From the NCBI GenBank assembly GCA_050014535.1, contig JBEKDC010000006.1, forward strand, positions 1 through 48,118: 48,118 nucleotides of DNA. The letters are read 5' to 3'. The notes under the pieces were generated by a model, which did no database searches, was not told the DNA's origin, and worked only from the letters and a program-made list of their open reading frames with translations. Below are positions 38,118 through 47,216 of this stretch, in pieces. The first letter of the stretch is position 1; every line of letters starts with the position of its first letter. Position numbers and translations under genes: made by a program. The DNA is from Rhizomicrobium sp. (GTDB lineage Bacteria; Pseudomonadota; Alphaproteobacteria; Micropepsales; Micropepsaceae).

Positions 38118-38471
38118 CGCTGCCCCATCCCCCCAATTTCCCCGCGCCCGAACCGGCGCCCGTTTCTACATCCAACAGGCAAGCGAAAATCCCAAGGCAA
38201 ACCAAATGCTTGCGATAAACAAAGGTTCGCGCATTTCCTGCCCGGAAATGCCGATCCGTCATACGCGATTGTGCTCCGGTTCGCGGTGCCGAACGAGGTT
38301 TGCATTACGGACCGGATATCGCAACCGGGAATTTCACAAATAGTCGCATTCTATTCTAGCGTGTATGCCCGGAATGATTTAATCTGTTGGCGAGTCCGGC
38401 AGACGGTCGCCGGCGGCCGCTGCTGCGCGCGCGATTGCATTCCGCAGAGCTTTGCCCAGGGGAGAATTTCC

Positions 38472-40493
38472 ATGGAAGAAAAAATCGATCTGGAGTTAGC
38501 GTCCGAAGACGTACGGCCGGACGAGCATCCGACAGACGTCAGCCGCCGCAACCTTTTGGTGGGAACCGCAGCGGTTGCCGTCGCCGCTTCCGGGCTCACT
38601 GCGAGCGCTGCCCCGGCGAAGGCCGTCAAACACCCGATGGGGAAGGCTGCGGCGGCGAAAGTGCAAGACGACATGTTCGGGATGGAAGCGGGACCGCCGG
38701 AGGTCTTTCATGCAGCCAATCCGAAGAAGTGGTTCCAGACGTTTTTGGAACCGAAGACGATTGCGTCCGAGCGGAACGGAACGCTCGCGCAGGAGCTGAA
38801 TGTCGGATTCGCCGAGATCACCATCACGACCTTCGACGTGAACGGCAATCCCGTTCCCCGGACCCAATGCGTTCGCTGCTACAACGGCACTGTTCCCGGG
38901 ACGACGTTCCGGGCGTTGCCGGGCGACCGGATCCAATTCACCGTCAACAACCGGTTGCCGAAAAACCAACCGGCGCCGGCCCCCGGTCAGAACTACGACT
39001 GCGTGCAGCTTGCTGACAATAATTTCCCCGGTTGTTTCAACACCACCAACCTGCACACCCACGGCCTCCATGTCTCGCCGAAGACGGGCGCGAATGGGGT
39101 GGCTTCCGACGATGTCATGCTCCGGATTCCGCCGGTCGGCGACACCATGGACACGAGCGGCGAACCCAGCACGCGGCAGTATTGCCTGCAGCTGCCGACC
39201 TTCCACGCGCCGGGGACACATTGGTATCACGCCCACATCCATGGCGCGACGGGCATCCAGGTCATGAATGGGGTGGCCGGCGCGATCATCATCGACGAGC
39301 CGCCCGATCAGAAAATTCCTGCCGACAACGAATATATCTGGATGGTCCAGGAGGTAACCGGCGGTTCCAATGCTCCGGGCAAATGCACGACCGATCCGAA
39401 CGACCCCAATGTCTATCTGTCCGGCAGCACGGTCTACAGCAACATGAAGGCCTCTTCGACCGACTCCACCAAACCGTACGGCTCGGGTCAGCCGCAAGGA
39501 GTCGGCTTCACCGTCAACTCCTTGAGTTCGCCGACCCTCACAATGCAGCCGAACGAAATCCAGCGCTGGCGAATCATCGACGGCACAGCGACCCCGCGAG
39601 GAATTTACAATTTCGCCTTGCTCGATGCCACGGGTAAGGACGTTTCGAATTACATGTACCTGATCGCGGTCGACGGCATCACCTTCTTCGGCCACAAGCC
39701 GCAGCAGCTTCCGGTGTCGGCCACCCCGCAGACCACGCCAGGGGGGCGGGCCATGGCTCCCGGCAACCGCATCGACGTCCTGGTCAGTATTCCGACGCCC
39801 GGCACCTACAAGGTCTGGCGTTTGAATAACAGCCATACCGGCGGCAACGCAGCCAACCAGATTCTGGCGGTCATTGACGTGGCCGGGCCGTCGATGCCGC
39901 AACGGAATGTCGCGGACATCCCCTTGCCCGGCTGGGACAAGGCGCCCTGCTATCTGCAGCCGATCATGGACAACGAAATCAATGCCGATCCGCTGGCATA
40001 CGATTTCCAAATAAATCAGGGCAGCGGCTTTTTCGGCGGCTTCAAAATCAACGGCCAAGTCTACGGCAATCCCGACGGCACCCATCCCAACACCACCGTC
40101 AAGCTCGGCGATGTCCGCAGGACCCAACTGACCAATTCAGGTGGCGGCAACCATCCCTACCATATCCACGTCAATCCGTTTCAGCTCGAACACGACTTGA
40201 TCGATCCTAAGCTACCCGACGATCCGTGGAACTGGCGCTGGTGGGACACCATCCTGATTCCGGAAGGCACACTGCCGCCCACGTCGACCAGTCCCGGCAA
40301 TCCGATGTTTATCCGATCGCGTTACGTCAACTACGACGGCGCCTTCGTCATCCATTGCCACATCCTGATCCATGAGGATGCTGGCATGATGCAGGACTTC
40401 ACGGTCCAGGCAGATCCGGCCAACGGCTATCCGTCGGTCGAGCCCTGTACGCCGTTGAACGTGTGCCAGAAAGGACGACCGAAGACCGCCTAG
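38472..40493 (+). CDS. Tat-exported multicopper oxidase
   Basis: SRRNLL twin-arginine signal; all four Cu motifs present: NLHTHGLH, WYHAHIHG, HPYHIHVN and HCHILIHEDAGMM. Confidence 0.93.
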   Translation: MEEKIDLELASEDVRPDEHPTDVSRRNLLVGTAAVAVAASGLTASAAPAKAVKHPMGKAAAAKVQDDMFGMEAGPPEVFHAANPKKWFQTFLEPKTIASERNGTLAQELNVGFAEITITTFDVNGNPVPRTQCVRCYNGTVPGTTFRALPGDRIQFTVNNRLPKNQPAPAPGQNYDCVQLADNNFPGCFNTTNLHTHGLHVSPKTGANGVASDDVMLRIPPVGDTMDTSGEPSTRQYCLQLPTFHAPGTHWYHAHIHGATGIQVMNGVAGAIIIDEPPDQKIPADNEYIWMVQEVTGGSNAPGKCTTDPNDPNVYLSGSTVYSNMKASSTDSTKPYGSGQPQGVGFTVNSLSSPTLTMQPNEIQRWRIIDGTATPRGIYNFALLDATGKDVSNYMYLIAVDGITFFGHKPQQLPVSATPQTTPGGRAMAPGNRIDVLVSIPTPGTYKVWRLNNSHTGGNAANQILAVIDVAGPSMPQRNVADIPLPGWDKAPCYLQPIMDNEINADPLAYDFQINQGSGFFGGFKINGQVYGNPDGTHPNTTVKLGDVRRTQLTNSGGGNHPYHIHVNPFQLEHDLIDPKLPDDPWNWRWWDTILIPEGTLPPTSTSPGNPMFIRSRYVNYDGAFVIHCHILIHEDAGMMQDFTVQADPANGYPSVEPCTPLNVCQKGRPKTA

Positions 40494-40501
40494 GCTTGGC
40501 G

Positions 40502-40535
40502 CCGGCCGTCGTCGCGAGGCGCGGCCGGAGATTTT
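40502..40535 (+). terminator. Hairpin after the MCO gene (possible terminator or stabiliser)
   Basis: CCGGCCG...CGGCCGG stem with GCGA loop, followed by AGATTTT. Confidence 0.45.
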
Positions 40536-40647
40536 GCGACGGACCGCTGTTAAGGCAGACGATCGGTCAATATCGGAGTAGTATCCGGTCGGCAGCATCA
40601 ATACGGAAATGGGCGAAATCGCCCGGCAAGAGCAGGAGGTATCCACC

Positions 40648-41148
40648 ATGAGAAACGGAACCCATATGCCCATCATGCAAAGAGGCGAACAATCCTCCGG
40701 TGGTCAAGCCGGTTCGGGTCAAGCCGGTTCGGGCCAGGACGGCGGCCAGAAGCGTCGCGGCCACCTGCGCCAGCACGGCGGCGTCGGGATGCTGCTTCAC
40801 CATGCCGACGATTTCGGCCTCGAAGACCACGATATCGAAGCGCTCGAGACCCTGCAGGAAAAGCACGAATTGGAGAAGGCCAAGCTCGAATACGAAGAGC
40901 AGGCGGCCAAAATCAAATTGCGCTACGCAATGCATCGCGGGAACGCGACCGAGGCCGAAGTGAAGAAAGCCGCGCAGGCGGTGGCGGCGGCTGAAACGGA
41001 ACTCAGGATGATGCGCTTCCACCATCTGAAAGGCGCCCGCGACGCCCTCAAGACCTCCTCGCCGAGCAAAGTCGTCGACGTCAAGTCGTTCGTGCGCAAG
41101 AAGCGTGGCGAGTTCGGGCAAGGCGGCGGTCAGCGCGGCGCCGCCTGA
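40648..41148 (+). CDS. His-rich helical Spy/CpxP/ZraP-like protein without signal peptide
   Basis: AGGAGGT RBS; LLHHADDFGLEDHDIEALETL then coiled helices ending ARDALK, matching the Spy/CpxP pattern; GQAGS repeats at the N-terminus. Confidence 0.65.
   Translation: MRNGTHMPIMQRGEQSSGGQAGSGQAGSGQDGGQKRRGHLRQHGGVGMLLHHADDFGLEDHDIEALETLQEKHELEKAKLEYEEQAAKIKLRYAMHRGNATEAEVKKAAQAVAAAETELRMMRFHHLKGARDALKTSSPSKVVDVKSFVRKKRGEFGQGGGQRGAA
40702..40731 (+). repeat. 15-bp tandem repeat x2 (GGTCAAGCCGGTTCG) encoding GQAGS
   Basis: Two exact copies followed by a degenerate third. Confidence 0.85.
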
Positions 41149-41308
41149 GCCGCGCCGACGGACCCGCGTCGAACCCGACCGCTGCCGGCTGCCAATGCCG
41201 GCGGTTGTGTTGCGAATTGAATCGCGTGGACACAGTACAAGGGAGAATTAGCGCTCACATTTGAAATCAAGTGGCTGCCCGGAAACGAATCCAATTCATC
41301 GAACGAGC

Positions 41309-42889
41309 ATGTCGAATTCAAAATCGAGGCAGCTTCTCAAATATTCATGGCGCGATGTTCCATCTCCGTCGCTGCCGGAATGGCTGTCGGCCGTTCACGC
41401 CTACTTTTCTCGTAGAGGATATTCCCGAGAAGATGTGGTGTTGATTGTAAATCGTCAACGGGAGGATATCGACCATATCGTAGCGAGCGAAAGGGATTGG
41501 GAGCGCTTGGCAAGTGTGATTGCTGCATCCTACGACCGGTCGCCCGCTCGACTCTCCATTACCGACGTCGATCCGTCAGCCTTGAGAAAATCCTATCGCG
41601 CGCTGGCAGTGTGTTTCACGGAGTTTCCTCCGCTTGGATTCGAGAAAGGTATTCGATCGCTTGTCCTGAATGCGCTTGGCGAAATCGCTGCGGCGGCCCT
41701 GTTCGTACCGATCTCCTATCTCGTCGTGGGTGCCCTGCTCGAGGGACAGAGCGAGTTCGGACCCGCTCAAAGTTTTCCCATTGCAGGTTTGTCGATTCTG
41801 ACGGCGTTGCTCATACTTCTTGCGTATGTCGAAGGGTCGCATATCAGCATCGCGCGTTTGCAGAACGCGATGATCCCACCTTCGTTTCCGAATCGACGTG
41901 TCGTTCGGCTGCACCGCACCGTTCGCACCGCCGGCGACGCCAGCAAATTTTTTGCCGGCCGTCAGATACTTGTCATTGTCATCATTTTCTTCGTCAGCAA
42001 ACTCACATCTTTTCCCCACCTCCAGACCTTTCCGTTTACGTCCGTCCCGCTTCCACGGGGATTTTTCGGCTTCCTGACCGCGATTTTCGTGAACTACGGG
42101 ATCGCAGGAGCCATATTCGTTTACTGGTTCGGTCAGATGATACCCCAACTCGCCGCAATCAAGTCTCCGACATGGGTACTTAGAGACCCGTTCGGCGAAC
42201 TTGTGGTGAGATCCGCGAAATTCATTGGAGATATGCGAATAGCCGCTCCGGCAGAGTTCATCGCCAGGTTTGTCGGAACGGAAGCCGACATACCGCCGGA
42301 TCCGAAGAGCCGATATATTCAAGTCTCCAATGACATCGGATGGAGCTACCTGCTGCAAAAGAAGGAGTGGCGCGTTACACGATCGACCGCTGAATTCAGC
42401 TATGGGCAGGTCGTGACATTCCTTGCCCACGGTGCGCGCGCTTTCCGCGATGTCGCATTGGTGCTTCCGGAGAAGCTGCATCCGACGCGAAGTGCGATCG
42501 CCACGCTTCATCGGCGAGAAAAGGACGGAACGCTCGACGATGACACTTTCAATTCCCACGCGGCCCCAACCTGCGAAAATTTCCTTGCGGGAGACATCGT
42601 GCTGAAAACCGTGGAGGGGAGTGCGCCGTTCAATCCGATCATGGAAGACGCCTTTTTGATCGAGCATCCGGTTCAACACTTTTTATTCCGATGTGTATTT
42701 CCTCGCGACCTCGGTATTGAAGCACCAAAGGTGACAATTACCGGCCTGATCGACGACGCTGTGAAGCAGGCAAGCGATCATACCGAACTCGATATCATCG
42801 ACATGCCTAACGGCGATAAGTCATTTGAATTCGGCATGGCGTACCCCCCTGTCGGCACTCGATTGAAGTTTAACTGGACGATTTTTTGA
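41309..42889 (+). CDS. Silicon-transporter-like (SIT-L) membrane protein with extra N- and C-terminal domains
   Basis: LLAYVEGSH (EGSH at 41831), KFFAGRQILVIVIIF (GRQ at 41957), LTSFP, and GIAGAIFVYWFGQMIPQL follow the SIT/SIT-L motif order across about 5 TMs; low GC. Confidence 0.72.
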   Translation: MSNSKSRQLLKYSWRDVPSPSLPEWLSAVHAYFSRRGYSREDVVLIVNRQREDIDHIVASERDWERLASVIAASYDRSPARLSITDVDPSALRKSYRALAVCFTEFPPLGFEKGIRSLVLNALGEIAAAALFVPISYLVVGALLEGQSEFGPAQSFPIAGLSILTALLILLAYVEGSHISIARLQNAMIPPSFPNRRVVRLHRTVRTAGDASKFFAGRQILVIVIIFFVSKLTSFPHLQTFPFTSVPLPRGFFGFLTAIFVNYGIAGAIFVYWFGQMIPQLAAIKSPTWVLRDPFGELVVRSAKFIGDMRIAAPAEFIARFVGTEADIPPDPKSRYIQVSNDIGWSYLLQKKEWRVTRSTAEFSYGQVVTFLAHGARAFRDVALVLPEKLHPTRSAIATLHRREKDGTLDDDTFNSHAAPTCENFLAGDIVLKTVEGSAPFNPIMEDAFLIEHPVQHFLFRCVFPRDLGIEAPKVTITGLIDDAVKQASDHTELDIIDMPNGDKSFEFGMAYPPVGTRLKFNWTIF

Positions 42890-43178
42890 GATTTACGCCA
42901 CATAAGTATTGGGTTTTCGGCGATACGAACTATTTCGGGTGGCGGCGACGCGATAGGAATTCGCCTTCAGCATTACGAATGCGCTCTTGGCGAATAGGTA
43001 TATTGTCGATTGAAGAAGGTGGCCGTTACTACGTTGACGCATTCGAACGGTTTGCCGAGAACTCATTTCTGGAACGCGCGCCATCTTCCCGCGCGAGCCG
43101 CGCGGCGGCCGGCGCAAGACTTTTCACATTGAACGTCACCAGGGCATCGGCACGGCCATTGATCACGACGAGCGCCGG

Positions 43179-43961
43179 TTAAGGCGATAGTTTGACGTGA
43201 TAGGACAAATCCGGCCGCACCGTTAGATCCATCGTCTCGGTCTTTCGCGAGTTGCGCCGGGCGTCGGCGAGGAGCGCTTCGACATTGGTCCGGTTCGATT
43301 CGCTCAACCGAGCGTCCTCGAGATATCGGGTATGGTCCGGCGCCGAGCGCAGAAGGATGATCATCGGCAGATCGTCGCCCGTGACGGCGCGATAGAGGCG
43401 ACAACTCACCGGGCTGTGGGCATCGCGATAAATTTTCTGTATCGCCCGCAAATCGGTGGCGACCGCCCGCGCGGACGCGGCATGGAACAAATCGGCATGA
43501 AGGAGGTTCAGACCGTTTTCGCCGATCGCACCGGGATCGCTCTTCGCGGGTTCCGTTTCGATGAACAGATCGGATTCGCGCAACAAAGCGGCATGGGCAT
43601 CGTGGTAAAACAGTTCCAGCCTCGGGCCTAGCGACTTCATCGCTGCCTCACCATCCAAATCGAAGCGATCGAGATCGGCCCATCGCTCCGAAGGATCTAT
43701 GGTCATGTAAACGTCGCGATCGCCGCTCGCTACGGAAAAATCCCATGTCGGCAAATTTATATTTGCACCCTTGAGCGCAGCGATCAGGCCCTTCACGGCG
43801 GCTTCGTAGGACGCGCCGGCACCCGGCTTCAGGTAGTGCACCTCAATCCGATAGATCGGAGGTTCGTCGGGAAGGTTCGTAATATCCGCAGCCACCAGTG
43901 GCTGCAGGTTTGCCAGCGTCACAAGAAGACCAGCGCCGATTCCCACCAGAGTCCTGTTCAT
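43179..43961 (-). CDS. Secreted hypothetical protein, possibly two dimeric alpha/beta-barrel (NIPSNAP-like) repeats
   Basis: Signal peptide; HYLKPG...YE...WADLD pattern; C-terminal RPDLSY. Confidence 0.7.
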   Translation of the reverse strand: MNRTLVGIGAGLLVTLANLQPLVAADITNLPDEPPIYRIEVHYLKPGAGASYEAAVKGLIAALKGANINLPTWDFSVASGDRDVYMTIDPSERWADLDRFDLDGEAAMKSLGPRLELFYHDAHAALLRESDLFIETEPAKSDPGAIGENGLNLLHADLFHAASARAVATDLRAIQKIYRDAHSPVSCRLYRAVTGDDLPMIILLRSAPDHTRYLEDARLSESNRTNVEALLADARRNSRKTETMDLTVRPDLSYHVKLSP

Positions 43962-44152
43962 TCGGTACCTTCACCGTCCGCATCGGCCACACTATAGGCA
44001 TCGACCGCGGTGAGCAGAATACAGCAGATTGTTCAATTCCGACCGTTGGCTTGATAGGAAAAATGGTCCGGCCGCGATCTGTGGCGACAATGATTTGGCT
44101 CGCGTTTGCGCGCGCGTTTCGACGTACCGCCGCGACGCCTTCGGGCAATCCG

Positions 44153-44311
44153 CTAGCTGGCGGCCCAGGTTGCGACGATGGTGAACGTTCCGTTCCCGTC
44201 TGCTGTCGAGACAACGCTGGTCGGTGGCGGAATTTGCGCGTTGAACAGCGCCTTGATCGTGTCGACGTCCTCGGGCTTCACCCCGGTCCTCGTTTCCGTG
44301 CGTGCGGGCAT
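44153..44311 (-). CDS. 52-aa small protein absent from the ORF track
   Basis: AGGAG RBS overlapping the upstream TAG; MPARTETRTGVKPEDVDTIKALFNAQIPPPTSVVSTADGNGTFTIVATWAAS. Confidence 0.7.
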   Translation of the reverse strand: MPARTETRTGVKPEDVDTIKALFNAQIPPPTSVVSTADGNGTFTIVATWAAS

Positions 44312-44321
44312 GGCGGCACTC

Positions 44322-45236
44322 CTATTTGATCGGCACTTCGGCGATGGCGCGTTGACGGGCCGCCTCCAGGCTGTCGTTGCTCACATCCGTGAGCTGCTCG
44401 ACCGTCACGCCATGCAGATTGGGATCCGAATTGTTCGTCAGCCAGGCCAGAAGCTGGTTGTAGCGGCCCGTATCCAGCGTGGCGCCGTTCTTCAGCCAGG
44501 TACGGACCGCGATCGCGCTCGACGTGTAGGCCGTGACCGAGGATTGATAGAGGTTCATCTGCAACTGCGACTGCGCCTGTTGCGTCGAGGATTGCTGCGT
44601 GATGACGGCGACGGCGGCATTGAGCCCCCCGGCATCGTTGAGCGTGTCGAGGTCGAGCTCGGCGCGCTGCAGCGAGTAGTCGACATCGGGTTTCACCAGC
44701 GCGCTCAGGATGCTCGTTTCGGCCTTCAGCCGGTCGGCCTGCATCTGGGCCACGAGCGCGGGAACGGTTTTCTCGTAGAAGAGGTCCTTGTTGACGGCCC
44801 CGTTCGAAGCAATCACGCCCCCCGATGCCGCCGCGAGCGCGGCTTTCGTGGCGGCGTCGCCCGCCGTCGCGCCAAGCCCGTTCAACGCCAAGGCGGTGAG
44901 GTCGGTTCCGATCGAAACGGAATTGTTGGTGCTGCTCAGATCGCGCACGAACAGGGAAAATTCCATGTCGTAGACGCGCATCCGATTCAGCACGACGTCG
45001 TCGCGGATGGCTTGCCTACCGGTCAGGTTCAGAAGCTTTTGGCAATCTCCGGCCCGGTAGCAATCGTCAATGCCTTCGGCGAAGTATTTGTCGCGCAATT
45101 CGCCGAGCGCGCTCGAATTCTGCGGATCCTTGGGGTATCCGCTCAACGCGGAGCAACCGCCGAGCACACTCAGGCAAACGACGCCGGCGAGCGCCCGAGA
45201 CGAGGCGCCGGCGCGCGGAATTCGACGATCGAACAT
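44322..45236 (-). CDS. Hypothetical lipoprotein, helical
   Basis: Lipobox LGGC after a hydrophobic stretch; Gly/Ala-rich central helices; KDLFYEKTVPALVAQM.A.R. Confidence 0.78.
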   Translation of the reverse strand: MFDRRIPRAGASSRALAGVVCLSVLGGCSALSGYPKDPQNSSALGELRDKYFAEGIDDCYRAGDCQKLLNLTGRQAIRDDVVLNRMRVYDMEFSLFVRDLSSTNNSVSIGTDLTALALNGLGATAGDAATKAALAAASGGVIASNGAVNKDLFYEKTVPALVAQMQADRLKAETSILSALVKPDVDYSLQRAELDLDTLNDAGGLNAAVAVITQQSSTQQAQSQLQMNLYQSSVTAYTSSAIAVRTWLKNGATLDTGRYNQLLAWLTNNSDPNLHGVTVEQLTDVSNDSLEAARQRAIAEVPIK

Positions 45237-45413
45237 TGGTGAGCCCCCAGCCATCCGCAACCACGATATCGCGGGTCAATCGAAATACAAGCGCCGATTG
45301 AACTTGTGCACAGCGTGGCGGACATATCGCTTCAATACGTTTCAACGAAAAAAGCGCCGGAACTTCGCCGCCGCAAGTATCGCAATCGATGCGACAGTCG
45401 GCAGTTTCCACCG

Positions 45414-47192
45414 TCAGTTTGCCGGAATCTGCGGCGCCGGCAGTCCGACTTTCCGGCAGAAGGCCGCAAAGTGCGGGTCGCTCCAGTAGCGCCGGAAGAG
45501 CGGGTCGAACAGCAGGAGTTGAATGCCGGGATCGCGGGCGACCCAGGCTTTGTCCAGCCATTCGAATGTCTTGTCCGGATCCTTGCGCAAGGCATAGACC
45601 TCGGCGATCTGGTACGGAGCGCCGTCGGCATATTTGTCGATCAGGATTTTCAGCGCCGCATCGGCGGCGGCGCGATCGCCGCCGATCTGTCGCGCCAGTG
45701 CGAGCCCTACATCCTGCCAGGGACCCTTCGGCCCCTGCTGCGCCGTGGCGAGCGCGGCCTTTGAATCGCCGCGCAGGATTTCGATGACCGCGAGTTGCAC
45801 GTAAAACGACTCCGCCTTCGGTTGCAGCTCGATCGCCTTGCGCTCCGCCTGCCCGGCTTCGTCGAGCCGACCCAGCATCCCCAGAAAACGGGACAGCTGG
45901 TCGAACCAGAACGCGTAGAGCGGATCGCTCGCCGACGCCTGTCGCGTGAGGTCCGCTGCCTGCTCCGGATGACCCAGCGTTCCCAGCACAGCGCCGAGGT
46001 TTCCTTTCGCTGCGGCAAAGTTCGGCTCGATTTGCAGCGCGCGGCGAAATTCCGCTTCGGCTCCGCTCCAGTTGGAGTCTGCGCTCAGCAGCAGGTTGCC
46101 CTTCGCCGAATGCGCAATCGCGAGGTCGGGAGCCAGCGCCAGCGCCGTGTTGACGGAAGCGCGCGCCTGCGCATAAGCCTGCAACGCGGATGCGCCGCCG
46201 AGAAATTCCTGTCCCAGGTCGGACCACGCATTCGACAGATTCGCCCAGGCCTGAGCGTAGTGCGGATCGATCCGCGTGGCTGTCGTGAAGGCATCGATCG
46301 CCTTATGAAAATCGGCTTCGTTCTGACGCGCCAGATAGAACTTGCCCTGCAGATAGGCGTTGTAGGCGTCCAAGTTGCCGCTGGGCGGCCGGTCGTTTTG
46401 CGCCACCGCATTGTCGCCGCCAAGCAGCTTCGTCTTCAGCACGCCGGCGACGGCATCGGTGATGTCGTCCTGCAGCTGGAACAGATCCTTGTAGGGCTTG
46501 TCGTAATGCTGCGACCACATCGTGCTGCCGTCTCCGGCGTTCACCAGCTCGGCGTAGATGCGCACCATGTCGCCTTCGCGACGTACGCTGCCTTCCAGCA
46601 GATGGGCGACACCGAGCTTCTCGCCGATGACGTTGCTCGCCTCCGTGCTGTTGCGGAATTTGAACGAAGAGTTGCGGCCGATGACTTTCAAGCCGGAGAA
46701 CTGCGACAGCGCCGCGATCAGGTCTTCGGAGAGGCCGTCGGAGAAATACAGCGCATTGGGATCGCCGCTCTCGTTGACCAGCGGCAGCACGGCGACGGAT
46801 TTCTCGGCGATGGCGACGACGCTCGCGCTAACGGCGGCTTCCCGGCGCACGACAAATTTGTCGGTCAGCAGCAGGACCACGGCCACCGCGAGCACGCCGA
46901 TGATCCAGACATCCAGCCTGCGTCCGGTGGCGCGGGCGACGGCATCGCTCGGCGGGGCTTCGCTCTCGCGTTTAATGCCTTGCGGCGTCAGTTCGTAGAA
47001 CCAGGCGAATGCGATCCAGAACGGGAAGCCGATCGCGGCCGCGACCAGGAACCAGCGCGTCAGCCAAGTCGGCGCGTCCAGGGTCGGCCCGAGTGACGTG
47101 ATGCCTTGCGCCAGTGCCCACACACTGGTCGCATAGAGTGCAACCGCGCGCAGAATGTTGCGGCGGCGCAGCTCGTGCAGAAAACCACCCAT
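45414..47192 (-). CDS. Membrane protein with TolB-N-like domain and TPR repeats
   Basis: ELRRRN...FAWFYELTP.GIK TM region; SVAVLPLVN.SGD...YFSDGLSEDLI and LEGSVRR motifs; multiple TPRs. Confidence 0.9.
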   Translation of the reverse strand: MGGFLHELRRRNILRAVALYATSVWALAQGITSLGPTLDAPTWLTRWFLVAAAIGFPFWIAFAWFYELTPQGIKRESEAPPSDAVARATGRRLDVWIIGVLAVAVVLLLTDKFVVRREAAVSASVVAIAEKSVAVLPLVNESGDPNALYFSDGLSEDLIAALSQFSGLKVIGRNSSFKFRNSTEASNVIGEKLGVAHLLEGSVRREGDMVRIYAELVNAGDGSTMWSQHYDKPYKDLFQLQDDITDAVAGVLKTKLLGGDNAVAQNDRPPSGNLDAYNAYLQGKFYLARQNEADFHKAIDAFTTATRIDPHYAQAWANLSNAWSDLGQEFLGGASALQAYAQARASVNTALALAPDLAIAHSAKGNLLLSADSNWSGAEAEFRRALQIEPNFAAAKGNLGAVLGTLGHPEQAADLTRQASASDPLYAFWFDQLSRFLGMLGRLDEAGQAERKAIELQPKAESFYVQLAVIEILRGDSKAALATAQQGPKGPWQDVGLALARQIGGDRAAADAALKILIDKYADGAPYQIAEVYALRKDPDKTFEWLDKAWVARDPGIQLLLFDPLFRRYWSDPHFAAFCRKVGLPAPQIPAN

Positions 47193-47216
47193 TGCCGCTC
47201 TCGCGCCGCGCCTCTT

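Noticed and set aside
42886-43182. 98-aa ORF overlapping the SIT-L stop, and an opposite-strand 74-aa ORF
   Set aside because: TTG start without a clear RBS and no recognisable motif; cannot be supported, though a gene remnant is possible.
45414-47192. Possible adenylate cyclase or kinase
   Set aside because: Only TM, TolB-N-like and TPR regions are present; no catalytic domain, and the architecture is common.
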